DNA of 64,000 nucleotides from Marsupella aquatica (taxonomy: Eukaryota > Plantae > Marchantiophyta). Below are positions 1 through 13,629 of this stretch, one piece after another; within the stretch, counting starts at the first letter, position 1, and every line of letters starts with the position of its first letter. The translations under genes and the position numbers were made by a program. The notes below the pieces were generated by a model. That model had not been told where the DNA came from. It did no database searches and saw only the letters and a list, made by a program, of their open reading frames with translations. The DNA lies in contig OZ316894.1 of NCBI GenBank assembly GCA_973895155.1, positions 4,550,944-4,614,943 of the forward strand, given 5' to 3'.

Positions 1-659
1 TTGGGAGGTTCTGATGCTCGAGGCTCTTATTCCATGGTCCAGTGGTGAAAATTCAGTTCAAAGGCTTCAGAGGATCAATCTTATGCAGACAAGCGATGAG
101 TTAAAGACTGGAGATGGGATTAGTGGAGAAGCTAGCCAGTGCATATCATCCTCATTGCAGGAAGTTTAGCGGTATAGTATTGTCCTGAGAACACGATTTG
201 GTTCCCTCTCTTTTGTCTCGGAGGCCTTATTCATGGTGCTTTTTCATTCGGTTGCACCCGACTTGGACTGGGAGAACAGGAATACTGCCTAAGTTGAGAA
301 GCTGAAGATTGGTATTTTAGAGTCAAAACTTCGTATCCAACGGGAAAATTGTGCTATCAACTGACCAGGTTTTGATGTAGAGTTCACTCAAAAAGTCTCA
401 AGAACCAGACTAGGTTTCAACTATTTACCAACAATAGTTACGGTTGCGCAATGTGTGAGGGTCCCATTTAAGGTGTGGACTGGTAATCTGTTATGGAGCA
501 GGAAACACGTGCCCTCGCAACCTTGAGCGTCAAATGCAGCCAGTCTGCTAGACAATTGTGCGGACCCAAGAAAGTGACGACCTTGGAAGTTGATTCAGTT
601 TCAGGCAAAGCCCATCTTCGAAGTTGTTTTAGTTGCAATTTCTTTGATTCAGTCATTCT

Positions 660-684
660 TTCCTTCCTTCCTTCCTTCCTTCCT
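660..684. repeat. (TTCC)n microsatellite
   Basis: About six tandem TTCC units visible directly. Confidence 0.9.
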
Positions 685-3600
685 CCCCTCAGACTTTAGA
701 TTCTCTCTCAAAAGAGAATATTGTCAGACATTGTGGATTCTCTCTCAAAAGAAACAGTTGAGATATGAGGAGCAAAAGAATGTGTCATCTGATTGTTGAA
801 TGGAATGGAATCCATTAAATGGAAGGATCCAGGGCTTCCACTTTTTGCAGCTGGGAAGACAAATGTTCTTCGGTGAAGATCTCATGTCAACGAACTAGGC
901 TAAGACGACTCTTTCAACGTGAGTTACAAATCGTAACCTACGTGAAGAGACGAAATAAGTTGACTAGTCTAAAACACAATTTTGGTCCCTGTGATTAAAG
1001 TAGTGGTTCTGAATGGTTATTCCACCTTTGATGTAGGAACTGATGTTCAGTGTCGATCGTTCAGATGTACTGCATTCTGTGGATTTATTCACGCTTTTAG
1101 GCCCTGGTGTACGTAATTAACAGTACAAAATTCACCCTCGACGTAGGGGCCGGTTCGACTACTATATCAGTATATCGAAAGATCAAAAACTATGCTTGGA
1201 GAGATGTCTCAGCGATTGCGGAAACTTCACTGCCAAATTCGCTTTTGCCCATCCATCTGTCTTAATCAAGTTTCATCTATCAACTTTCATCTATCATCTT
1301 GTGTGTCAAATCTTCTACATTTGACATTTGTGACATTTGACAGACATCTTATTAGTTCCGTTAAATCTCTACAAGACATCTACACTCTGGCGAGGACATT
1401 CAAGTTGCCGTGCTTCAAGCAAACGCTTGGATTCTCAAGACAGGCAATAAATTGGTGGGCTCAATTTCAATCTCTCAGTAAGCCCAACCCTTTGGACGAA
1501 GAAGCGATCAGTTGGCCAGACGCTTTAAGTTGAACAATTTTTCAATTCACTGTAAAGTTGTCCTGAAATGTCACTATCTTTTTTAAAACCACTACTGATA
1601 AAGTACCTTGGTGAGCGGAACCTGTGATATGCAGAAAGAGCACCCCCAATTAATATAAGATCTTCATTCACTTTTACAGGCATGAGCTTCAAGGTCTGCG
1701 ACGCACTTTATTACTAGTAGTTTTTCAGAAAGGGTAACGAAGAGCATGTCTAGGGAGGCAGGAGGCACCCATCATAGCTGGGACGGTTTCACTTTCCATC
1801 TACTGAGTGAAACCAGACAGAGATCCATCTGAGCATCTATCAAATACCCCAAATTTTCCTTCCAGAGCAGACTCTAGTGTAGGTTTGCATAACCTTGACG
1901 GAATGTGATTTATGACGGAATGTGATTTAGAGTTTGAATCACTGCCTCAAATTACGTCAATGACTATCCTACCACCTAGCGAAGCGAACAGTTACTGCAG
2001 AAAACCTCATATAAGGATTATAGGACAGAATCATTTCCTAGTCTTCAGGTTACATCCAAAACGAGTACTACATTACAGATGTTGCTGGAGAAATTTACCA
2101 GAAGCCCATCTCCCTAAAACACATTTGAGTAGAGCGAGCAGATAAAACATTTGACCTGACGCTAGGACCAAATTGACCCCCCGTGAGGAGGTATCAACAG
2201 AAACTTCCTCGGAGTTAAAAGTAAGAAGAGTAGAAATCCTATCCGAGTACAATTTTTGGGATGGAGGATTGTCAGCTAACTTCATAGTCAGCGGAATCAA
2301 CTACGAGGTTGGTGGAATTGAGGCCGCAAACAGGAAGCTCAAGTCTAGGACGAAGAGAAAAGACATTGGGATTGTAGAATGAAGAACAGAGTACCCCTTG
2401 ACAAAAGAGTCCATTTGCTTGCTCTTCAGCGGCGGCTTCACTTCCTGATGTCTATTCCGCGTTCATGTTTATGTTGCTTACGAGGAGGCGCTGCCCGTTC
2501 AGATATCGTGTTGATTGCTGCCCGATCACCAGCTCACAAAGGAATTGCTGGATCTCCACTCCGGTTGCAATAATGACGAGAAGAGTGCCCTTGACGGAAG
2601 AGTGGTTGGGGCCCGGGTGGGGCCGGAAGACGGCAATGAGAAAATCCTCCTGCTCCCTAGCTGTGTGGATGTCGCGAGAGCAATTTGCCAATTGCTTGGA
2701 AAGAAAAGCACTGAAGGGTATGAAAAGGAGACTGCGAAGAAACCTCTCGTCACGAATCCAGTTTTAGAGAAAAACTTGTAGATCTTTTGGCTGAGTTGGG
2801 TATTCATGGGGCAGAATGACTCTTACTGGCAGAAACTCTCGGCAATAGTAGTCTGAAGGAAACGTAGAAATGGGAATGGGAATGGGAATTTCTGCCCTGT
2901 GATAATCAAACAGCGTTGGAGATTTATGGAGAAGTGAGATGAAAACTCACCATAAAAGCTGACTGTGCTGAGAGTGTGATGAATAGGAATGGAACAAGAA
3001 ACTTGCAATAAAATCATTCTGCCGAGAAACTTGAATGTTGACTGAGAAACATACGGAAGTGCCAGTAATGACCCAAATTTTAGAATGATAGGGGTAAGCC
3101 TTCAGCTTGAAGTGTTGGTGAGGACAAATAGTAATTGTTCACAGGGGAACACCTTTACAAATCGTGTAGAGTTGTAAAGGGTCGACGTGGGCACTGAAAA
3201 GGGGAGCGCACAAGTGAACTAGAGAAGTAATACGTAATGACAGTGAGTGGGGTTGTATAACAGGGGGAAGTGGAGATCAGAGTGGGAATGCAAGGGCTGA
3301 GGGTCATGTGTGGGTGGAAAGTATCAAAACTACAGGAGATATATTTGGAGGCACAATGAAGGCGGGAGGAACGCTTAGGACTCTTGGCAAGATAGACATG
3401 TCCTGAAAATGATGCGGGACAGAGTCAGCAACAATGGCTGGATAGAAAAACCTGTAATGATTATCATAAGGTGTGGGCATTTCCTTCCTTCCATATGTGC
3501 CAAGCCGATTCACAGGAAATAAACAGTCGGGCTGCATGTTGTGAGGATGTCCCTAGACATAAATCAAGCAGGTGAGTAAACCTCGTAACGTTAGACAGCC

Positions 3601-4556
3601 TGTTTAAGAGAAGGAATTCACTAATAGGAGAACCATAGATTCGTGTTCACAAGAAGTTTTGACGAAAGAGTAGTCAAAGGAGATACGTGCGAGATTTTCT
3701 TACCTGATTAGAGCAGTGCTTGCAGCGGCCACCAGAATGAGAATTTGGCAGCCCATTTTAGTATAAAGATCGTTGGAAAGAACGCGCCAGATAAAAATCT
3801 TTGCTTTATCTGATAGATCTGATGCCCACAATAGTTTCCAACACCAGGTCCCCGCTGTTCACAGGTTCTAGACTGACCATAAGCCGTTCAGAACGGGCAC
3901 GAAGGACATGTTATCATCAAGCAGAGAGTAAGTGGCCTGATATTCAGGTTCACATAGCGTGTAACCTCAGTTTATGCCAAAAATGTGTTGGGATTGCTAT
4001 TAAGTGGAAACAAGAGGTAAACCTTTGTTGTGATCTGCAGATCAATTTCTCTTGCAAGAGTTTCCTTTTTAATCTGTGGGTCACTTGTGGCCTAGATGTT
4101 TTCTACTGTGCCTTGTTTGTAAATCAAGGAATGAATTGCCAATCACTTTCTGTTCCGAATTTTCAAATACTGTCGCTAGACCCTTGTGTTTTTGACATTT
4201 TCGCTATTTTTCCAAGAAAAATGTTTTCCATAACTTTTGAAGACTTTTCTCCAAATCCACTCTCCAAAATATAGACTATCCATTCCACTAATTTGGTCTC
4301 CAAAAGTCAATTTAAAAGCCTCAAAGTTGGATAGACTGTGCCGATAACCTCAGAGTACTACCCTCTGGGCATTGTACGTAAAAGTAAGGCACACTAACGA
4401 AAGAGATCGGCCAAGTTATTCGAAGCTTGCCCTAACCCGTATTGAGAAAGTGGTTGGCAGCAATAGCAATACCCACAACACCCACAACACCAACCATCTT
4501 TGTCAACTTCTTCTGTGTCTCACTCTTGCCTTCCATGTAGCGAGACAACATTTGAC

Positions 4557-7522
4557 TCACTTTCCCTTGCTGTTGATCTGGAGCATGCACCCCGGACACA
4601 AAGTTAGTAGGTCACCCAAGCCAACTCCAAATAGATTCTCAGTTGTTGTTTTTGTGTTAAGGGGTGGGGGCGGGGGGCGGGGCCGAAGCCTTTGGTAAAG
4701 GAACTGGAGACTCATTTGGTCTTTCATCCTCTTTGAAATACCTGTTTTCAAGAATATTACATGGCCATCTGAGGCAGCACAACTGCCGATATGCTTGCTA
4801 ACTAGATCATCACAAAGCGGATTGGATGTTACCTTTGGGTTTGGCCAATCTCCTTTCCTCTTCACCAATCCGGCGACGCAGGGTATTCAGAAGGGAACCG
4901 AAGTACAGTGCAAGAATAGTGCACGTAAATGTGATGACATTGTACGGCATACTAAAGTCCGGGGTTGCTAACGGCACGAGAAGACTCTCACTGTAAATAT
5001 GCACTGGTCCGGCACCCTGCTCCGGAGCAATTAAGGGAGTAAACTTTCAGAACGAACAACGAAAACGTTTCGATAGCCTCTCAGATACAGCAATCCAAAC
5101 AGAGTATAATAGTAGAAAAAGGGAAATATGGATAGCAGTTGATTTAAACAATTACTAATATGACATGTGAGCTCAGCCAGAAGAACATGCCGCGCACGAA
5201 GAGAACATGTATGCAATAAAATGCTTGAACTCTAAAGGAGAGCATATCGATATTTACCTGCAGGGTCTGTAGAAATGGGCTACCGTTTTTTGTAGAAATA
5301 ACCGGTGAAGCTCCATATCGTCTTTGGGTACCCGATGCGGGGAAGCTGATCAAAGCCGATGGAAGGTCAAAACCACGATTTGCATCGGGCGGGTGCTCAT
5401 CAATGTGGAGAAAGCCCTGCAATTGCAGTACAAAAGTAGAACATAGCTCAGTATCAGTATCTGGCTATTATCCGTGCAACCTCAACTACAGCAGTTCGGT
5501 GCAACTGACCAAACTCACCTTATCGAATTCGACGTTCAAAGATAATATGCTGACATTTAGAGGAAGTTGCAGTTGAATCTCCAATACTGCGGGTGAGAGT
5601 CGATCCTCTGCGGGAAAAATTCGCATTCGTGTGGCCACCTCCCATAGTGGCACTTGATAACCATTTACCACAGCTGTCAATGTGTGGGTATACAAACGCA
5701 CATACCAGGGAACCATGTGAAAGATAGTCACATCTATACTATCACGAATAGCACTATTCATTTCAACTTCGTAAGAATCATCCACAACCAGCTTTTGTCT
5801 CTTTTCCAGATTCTGGTCATTTGTCTTGAGCTCGATCACTATGGATCCCTTCTGATTACCACTCCCAACGAGAAACCTGGATACGCGAAAGGGCCCCCAA
5901 ACGCTGGCCCAAGAAACCTTTTCCTTCCAGAACATTCCAAGGTTGAGAGGACGTTCTCTGTTGTACTCGTCAAGCAAGTAATCCAGCAGTAAGGAGGGGC
6001 GAGTGTCATCTCCATCACCTTCCCTAGCTTCCTCAAAAACCCTATCTGGGTACGGGGTTAAGTTGAATACGTTATTGTCTGCTAAATTTATTTCAGTTTT
6101 GCCTCGCACATCTATATTTCCTGAGTCCTGACCAGTCACACTGTCTAAAGTTTGATCTTGCAGGTCCGCCTTGTTCTTGCTTGAATCTGAAGCATGAACT
6201 TTCTCTACAAGTGAACTTTCTAATTCCAGCAGCACATGACTGGTCTTAGCAAGAGGGCAGCTTCCTTCGAGGCGCCTTCCAAACATTGAAGGGATCGACC
6301 AATGAGGCAAGAATTTAGAGGAAGACCTCTCTCTAGGTTGTGAAGGCTGCAGAACCAAGGTTAAAGTCTGCTCCAAAACAACCTCCTTACCGCCAGAAAG
6401 TGTGACATCTAATCTAGAGCTTCCACTGCGAAGACGCACCCGCAAGGAATGATAGTACCCTCTGTAAATACTGGGCCTGTCCAAGAGGGTGGAAATTCCA
6501 GCCTTATCTCGGCAAGGCAGTAGCTTCAGCCAAGGGGTCAGATTCTCGGTGCAGACTGCCTCTCGAGGAAGTGCCCCATACCTCAGAGTTCCAGACTCTC
6601 CCAAATCTGGCCCAAATGCAAATTGTGGTGCCGCCATCGTGGCTGGAGACTCTAAGAAGTTGATGGAGGCACAAAACAGGCCAGAAAGAGCATGCGTCAA
6701 ATTCCGCCAAGTTGAATCAACCTGGTCCAAAGGCACATTCAATGCTGCCCACAACTCCACACCCAAAGGTTTTGCATTCGCGCTTGCAATTGGATCCAGT
6801 GCTCCCCAGCGTTCATAGTTCCACCTCCCTTGAGTGAATGATAGTTCCATTTCGCTAACATGGAACTTCTTTACCTGCCAAAAAGCGACAAGACAGACAT
6901 ACGACCCATGATCCCTACTCCGTACACTCAACAGCAAACCCAATTGTGACATCATGAACAATTTCTGTTGCAATTAATCTGTGTTGGAGGATTCCGATAT
7001 CATTGTAAAGGGTCTTAGCGTAGCAAAAGGAGCTGGATTGGACAGATTGTAAACCCTGATCCATAGCCCAAAAAAAAATGTGAATGAACTGAATTTCAAT
7101 GTACACGGATCACTATTCGCTCAAGGGATGAAATCACACCAAAAGCCGGAATTGAAGCAGGCCAATTGAAGAGGCAAGTGTTAGTAACATTTATAATCCA
7201 ACCCTGCTCCGGATCACAATACCAAACCTCATACCCCAAAGCTTGTCATATCAGAGAAAGAATTACGAAGGGAGATACTTACCAACTGAGAGATGGCCTT
7301 GGGAAATACATGCTGATGGGCAGCAGACCCCAGATTGCGTAGAGTATTCTTGAAGTAGAAGTGAGACAACACTTTGCCATCTGGAAGGGGGCGGAGAAAC
7401 AGATCTTCTGAAAAGGCCTCCCCATTCTCCCACTCATCATCCGACGCAACAGCTGAGAACCATTCTCGCCCAATCAAGAGAGAAATAGCAAAACAGAACA
7501 CCCAGAAAGACCGGATAGCCAT
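4557..7522 (-). CDS. PIGT: GPI transamidase component PIG-T / GPI16. Exons (5' to 3'): 7522-7283, 6874-5519, 5416-5258, 5016-4833, 4741-4557
   Basis: Signal peptide MAIRSFWVFCFAISLL. Family motifs EDLFLRPLPDGKVLSHF, ELSFTQGRW, ALSGLFCAS, YGALPREAVCTENLTPWLKLLPC, EHPPDANRGFDLPSA and LATPDFSMPYNVI followed by a TM helix. GT-AG junctions keep the frame. The last exon and the exon-4 acceptor are less certain. Confidence 0.92.
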
Positions 7523-8391
7523 TGGAGGGTTTAAGGCGACCCTCCCTCGTTCTTCACTGTTGCTCAAACAAGATTTGCAAGACAGGCTCTGCTGTATTCT
7601 CTCTCCTCCCCTCAAACGCTGGCCTCTGTACTGCACACACCTTTGCAGCCATATTTTGACAGAACCACCGCCTACTTCGACTGATTCCTCCTAGACGCTT
7701 GCTCGTCTACGAGCCAGCAAATTAATACAAAAGCCGATCAACATACAATCAGATATCCCAGCAGCAGGAAATTTGCAGAAGCAGGGGTAGTGAAGTCTCT
7801 CATCTAAATTACAAGTCAGACATTATCGCGTTGCCGATACATCATGTCCAAAAGTCTTAGTTCAAAGATAACCATCGAAAGCATGATCGCCGGTCAAACA
7901 ACTGCTGGCAGAAAGATTCCGTCTGTTTTCCCTCATGATTTCTCTGTCTGAAACAGGACTGACTGAAAGAATTCTACTTCGTCACCAGGTTTCTCAGTTT
8001 GCTTCTCCTAGAGTAGGGCTTTTGTTGTTGTAAGTGGTTCCAGAGCTTTTTTTGGCTCGTTTCTCTTGATGGCTTTTTCCTTATGTTACTTTTTGGCTCT
8101 TTGCTCGTACTGGGTTTTTCCCCTACTAGCCCCGAACTACCCGTGTGGACTAATAGAGGCTCAAGACAATAAAGTGTCCAACAAAATATATTTACTAGTC
8201 TAATGAGTGATTAACAAAACATCATGTCTTGGCCCCATCATTTTAACAAGCATACATATCATAACGTACTCCATATGTCATGATTTTCTATGTACATTTA
8301 TTATGGTGGGGCCTTATAGTCCGGGTGTAGAGGCTTCACTCTAGAAGCCCAGACATCAACTCTAGCTTCCCCTTGCCCTTTATATATAAGA

Positions 8392-8697
8392 CAAGCCCCA
8401 TGCCCGTGCGTTGCACGAAAGATTTCGAGGCGAGGGCAAGATGTCGAGGAGAGAGCAAGATTTTGCGGTGAGGGCAAGATGGCGAGGAGAGGGCAAGATG
8501 GCGAGGAGAGGACAAGATTTTGCAGTGAAGGCAAGATTTTGCGGTGAGGGCAAGACGTCGAGGAGAGGGCAAGATGTGGAGGTGAGGGCAAGATTCAAAG
8601 TGAGACAAACATGGTGACCTCGCTCTCACGTACTCTTGGGATCTTAAAATTTTATATTCTCTCCCCACTGATTTCCTTGGCTTTGTATTATAAGTGA
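8392..8697 (-). mobile_element. Putative non-autonomous mini-Helitron (~306 bp)
   Basis: Minus strand starts TCACTTATAATACAAAG and ends with the hairpin CGTGC-AAC-GCACG followed by CTTG|T, resembling plant Helitron ends (5'-TC, 3' hairpin plus CTRR). The terminal motif is non-canonical and the 5' flanking base is G rather than A. Confidence 0.5.
8420..8594. repeat. Minisatellite, ~19-20-bp unit with core GAGGGCAAGAT, about 9 copies, inside the putative Helitron
   Basis: Repeated gagggcaagat... units with two spacer variants (ggcgagga / tttgcggt). Confidence 0.85.
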
Positions 8698-10752
8698 CTT
8701 CGTATCTAGGATGTATTTTTGTTTCCCTTACCTTGTTTTTGTACCATACATGTCTTTGTACCTCACACCTTTTTATTATCTCCAGTGTGGTACCCCATTT
8801 CCAACACACATGCTTACCTCACTATACATTTTTAATACACTAACCTGTGCTCCCTCCTATTCCTTAGTACATGTCACATCCCTATCCCATTGGACCCCAT
8901 CCTCACATTCCTCGTACTTGCTCTGAACCACTTTTTTTAATCCAATGGCATTCAAAAGTAACATCCTCATCCCAAGGCATGCGAGTCATCCCCACATCCC
9001 TATATACCACGATGACACTTTATTTTTGTCATCTAACGGTCTGCAAAAAATGTAAAATGATCCATTGGCAGGGAATCATTCCCGCCCATTGCACTTTTCA
9101 TAAACGAATGAAAATGAAAAAGAGCGGCATTGAGTATTATAGTGTTAGATGTTCTCCCCTTTATTGGGTTTCTAGGTTTTTTGCTTATGTTGCTATTTGG
9201 CTTTTTGCTCTTCCTGGTGTTTTCCCCTATGTTCTCCCCTCTGTTGGGTTTCTGGCCTATGAGAGATCCTTTCTCAGGATTTGGAGTTTTTTGTTCTTTG
9301 ACAGTATGATATACACAGTTCAAGAGGGTCCCTACAAAGGACAACTATTTCTAGCAGTTCATGGATATCTAGAAAACTGTTTAGATATAAGAACCCATAA
9401 ACAGTTTGGGGTTAGGCTTCTTTTATGATTTAGAGCATATCTAGCCTCTACTATCGGGGCATGCAATCACTATTCTCTCTTGTAGTGGTTGTTATTTGGC
9501 AAGGATGCACCCCAAGAGTGCCTTCGTCCAGTAAGCAGCTACTGCAAAATACATTGCCTCCCAACCTCCACTTTCTGGCAGAAAGGCGGCTGAAGAGTAG
9601 CACCCCTCCTCCAGCCTGCATATGGATCAACCATCGTGCATACACCATGCAGTAGCATCGGTGCGTGGGTCCAGCTTGTGCAAGAAAACTGGCTTGTAGG
9701 TGATTGCAACTATGCATGCAATTTGGATTTGCACCAAAAGGCAATCATTGATTTTGAGCAGAGTGTGGGAGTTGAGGAAAACTAAAGTCATTCTCCAGGC
9801 AGGATAAGATCTTGACACCTCAAAAACCCACGCACCCAATTCAAGAGAAGACTACAAGCTTGTATGCCATTTCAACTGTACATGTGGTTTGGAGTTGCAG
9901 AAAAAGGCATCCATAGATTAGGGGAGTGTGGGAGTTGAGGAAAAAAAACTTATGTAACCAAGTACTTGGTCACCCAAGTTAATATGTCAATTTAAATACT
10001 TTATTAAAATAAGAATGAATTTTAAAATCACATTAAATCACAGAAAAACATTAAATTTGGGGGGATCCTTAGTTCACCTCAATGCTCTTCTACATAACTT
10101 TTTGACTTTGTTGACTTATGCCTTTCTTTCTTCTATTGTCAGAATTTGCCTTAGTCCAACATGTTTATTTTGTCTAGTTGTTGACCTCAGTATGATTCTT
10201 ACCTAGAGATATATACTTAGTGGACCTCCAAATGCAACTTTTTCTCTTAATGGACCAAAAGATGTACACGCCCTCCCAGTGGACCCCAACGTTTAGATTC
10301 TCTCCCAATGGACCTCCGGGCCCACTTCGTACAAGCATGTTCTTCTGAAACACCTTACCACACAGTTCAGGTCCACTACATACCCTGTGGACAACGTGGT
10401 TGGTCATGTGTAGTAGGCCGTCGATAATGTCGCAGTCCACAAGCGTCGTAGCCCTGGCCGGAATCGAGCGTCGCAGCACCATGGCTTCCTAGTTTTTGTG
10501 AATACAATATGGCTATTGTATTCAAAACTACAATAGCCGCAATCTAGAACAATTGGAAGAATACAACATGGTCAATGTATTCACTCTACGCATGCAATGA
10601 CACATCACGATTCTAGGTTGCGTCTGCTTTGCTAGTTCATCGTTAGGGATGAGCGCACGATAATTTGCGCGTGTATGCCTTCTCTTTGGCGAGGGTTTAG
10701 GATTTTAAGTGCGGCCGATAGGAATGGTGATCGAGAGAGGAGAATTGTTTTA

Positions 10753-13428
10753 GGGATTTTACTATTGGAGACCAGGCAGCTCGTAGGCGGATCGAAGGCC
10801 TGTCGGGCTGGTGAAGGGAGACTGCAAAATGAATTGGGACTGTCTATCAGGCAATTTGGAGTGAGTGCAAAGTGATTCAGGGAGATCAACAAGTGCCTAC
10901 CTTGGTTGAGTTCAAAACTCACCATCTCTCGTCCCGCAAAGAAACCACAAAAATTGAGCAGCACCAGTGGGAAGAACGGAAGGTGCATTCTGGATTTGTT
11001 TGAGATCTATTGCAAAGCTGAGATGGCAGATGACCAAGCAGCAAAAGAAGAATCAGCTCAAGGAAGACTATTGTGTTTCAACTTTGGGGAAGAGTGAGCC
11101 ATCTGTCCCATCCAAATTGATCCTTATTTGTCTGATTAAGGTGTTCCACATTTGTCCCAAGGAGAAGAAGGGTTGGGGCTGCTTGGTAGACAACAATTTC
11201 TTTGAGATGTTGGAGGAGCATGTGAGCTCTGCTCCTATCACTATTGTCTATCACTAGGCCAAGCATGTGCAGCAGTTGCTTGTGCAGTTGCCTATGGATC
11301 AAAAATTGCATGCTTTGCAGGTTGATTGTCAAGTATCACAGGTACTTTTTCCAAAGAGAAATGTTGCTGCCCGGTCTGGCCAACCTTCAGCAGGTTAGGA
11401 GAGTAGAGAAGTCGTTGTTGCAGACGCCTTGGAGTTTTTGAGGAAGAAGAGGGAAAGTTTGTTGTGGAAAGTGGGACCAAAAGAAATTGATTTTGACAAT
11501 GCTTATCTAGACTATGTGAAGTGGAAGAAGGAGTAGAAGCATTTGTCAGTTTCTATAGCCAGTAAAAATTGTGTGCAAGATTACAAAGGTGATGGCATGT
11601 CACAAGAAGAAGCATAGAATGCGGTAGGTACCACATTCATTTTGCTTGTCTTTGCATTTTTGTGTATACTTCAAGCATAATGTTTACACCAATTTTTATA
11701 CTTCAGGCTGGAGTTCACAAAGTGTGGGTCGATACCTCAGATGAGGAGGGGTACGAGCCCACCACTTACAAGTGGAGATTAGAGTATCATGAGTCCTTTG
11801 ATGAAGAAGACGCAACAAAGGTATAGTTTCTCTTCCCCTTCTGCCAATCATTTTTTCTGAATCTACAAAGTTTGAAAACATTGACCAGAATGTCTACCAA
11901 CTTTAGGTTCCTTTGAATGGCGGAGCTCGAGCCAAAGAATAAGGGAAGAAAGGAAAGAAACCCAGGAAGCCAAAAGAACCCAAGAAGTAGCCTCCACAGA
12001 CTGTTACGCCTCTAGTTGACACTCAGCAAGCCGATGAGGTAAAATTTGCACTTCCAATTTTAAGTACCCCATTTGTATACCATGATATCAATGTATGCAC
12101 GATGGTTTAGTGCTCTTAGCCCAAGTATTGCATTTTAGGTTCCTCCCAATAAAGGAGCGAAAGCCGACCAATCAAAGCGAAAAACAACAAGAACCAAGAA
12201 ATCTGCAGAGCCACATTTGCCCACACCGAACGACAGTACCACCCTTCCTGCAGATTCTCAACAATCTAACCAGGTAACATTTACTGATCAAAGATCTTCT
12301 CATCAAAGATCTGTAAACAGTGTGGAGAATGTTTTCTCTTTTATCAACACTACAAGTTCAAGAGTATTAATGACATTATCATGTTGGGGTAGCATACCAT
12401 GATGTTCATATATACTTAATGTTTGAATGTGCTTGTACCCCGAGTACTGCATTTTAGGTTCCTGAATCCAATGAAGGACCTAAATTCAACTAATCTAATC
12501 TGAGGAAATCAACAAGAACCAAGAAATTGGTACAACCAAAGAAGCCCGCGCCTGAGGTAACCGTCTTTTCAGTAGGCCCGGGAGGAACATTCCACAGTAG
12601 ACATAGTGATAAATGTATTCTATGTGCAACAATACTTATTTGATTTAAACATCCAATAACCTTTGCAATTACAGGGACCAAAGGAAGGAGAGCAGGCAAC
12701 GGCAACGGTAGAGACAGAAACAAGTCAACATAGACGTTCAAAGAGGAAGCAAAACACTGCTCCCACCCAAGAGAAAATTGCCCAAACAGAAAAGATGACC
12801 AAAAGCAAAACCAAGGTAAGTACAAATAATTATGTTTACAGCGGGCCATAATATTTAGGACTAAACACATGATTGACTTGATACTGATTTCAGCCTTACA
12901 ATTGCAGGATTCATCTAAACAAGCGGAGGATGTCGATGCTCAACCAGGACCAGAGGGAGGCAACGCTATTGATACTGAGGGTACTGCCCTTCCACCAAAT
13001 GTGTCTGCAATCCCATCAGAATAGGTGACTGCACCGATACGTAGGGGTGAGCACACCTCCTTTAATTGATTTTGGTGGCTACGATTCATTGGTAAGATAC
13101 GTTTGTTTGCTGATTGCTTTCATATGTGAATTTGCAGGAGTACCAGAAACCACCTAATGTGCAACCAGACCCATATGCAAGTAGACGTCGGACAAAGTTG
13201 ACAATTCGTGGGCCATTGCGCAAGGCACAAAGTGAATTTGTAATCCTGGGGTCTGTATCACAAGAGGTCACTGTGCAGGAGGATGACATTTTGGATTCCT
13301 TGTGCCACGCATCACAAATTCTCCAAGACTATAGCCAGGCTGATGTTAGCTCTTTCCACAAGGCAGTTGATATAATCATGAGTATGTGGAGGAAGTGTAG
13401 GGTACATTTAGCAATATCTGACGGATAG
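10753..13428 (+). pseudogene. Decayed multi-exon gene carried by the MULE, product unknown (possible DUF1985/PMD-like N-terminal region)
   Basis: Chain of GT-AG bounded exons (about 11707-11820, 11907-12038, 12139-12273, 12458-12556, 12674-12815, 12908-13046, 13138-13428) after a long first coding block reading ...NFFEMLEEHVSSAPITIVYH*AKHVQQLLVQL. In-frame stops are mostly explicable as single transitions (CAA/CAG/TGG to stop). Confidence 0.6.
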
Positions 13429-13629
13429 TTTAGGGTATCTAGCCCTGTTTTGTCACCAATGTGTTTGTGATAATAAATATGAAATGTTGCTTCATTTCTT
13501 GCTCTCTTTGAAGACTGTACAACATGATCTTTTCGGGGATCTGTTCCAAAAATGCACAAACCATGATTGGATGGTATACATGCCACACAATGTATTCATT
13601 ACTCACATTCAAAATAGGTATTCATGACT

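Noticed and set aside
1-2000. Short ORFs and small duplications (e.g. GACGGAATGTGATTT twice near 1897-1928)
   Set aside because: No recognisable protein motif or element boundary.
3801-4274. 157-aa ORF
   Set aside because: Non-ATG start, no motifs, and it lies in the likely 3' flank of PIG-T on the opposite strand.
7523-7636. N-terminal extension of PIG-T shown in the ORF track
   Set aside because: It begins at a GTG; the ATG at 7522 directly precedes the signal peptide.
8301-8809. Overlapping ORFs with repetitive peptides
   Set aside because: Artefacts of the 19-20-bp minisatellite being open in several frames.
8871-9428. 185-aa hydrophobic ORF
   Set aside because: Hydrophobicity follows from T-rich sequence; no family motif or splice structure found.
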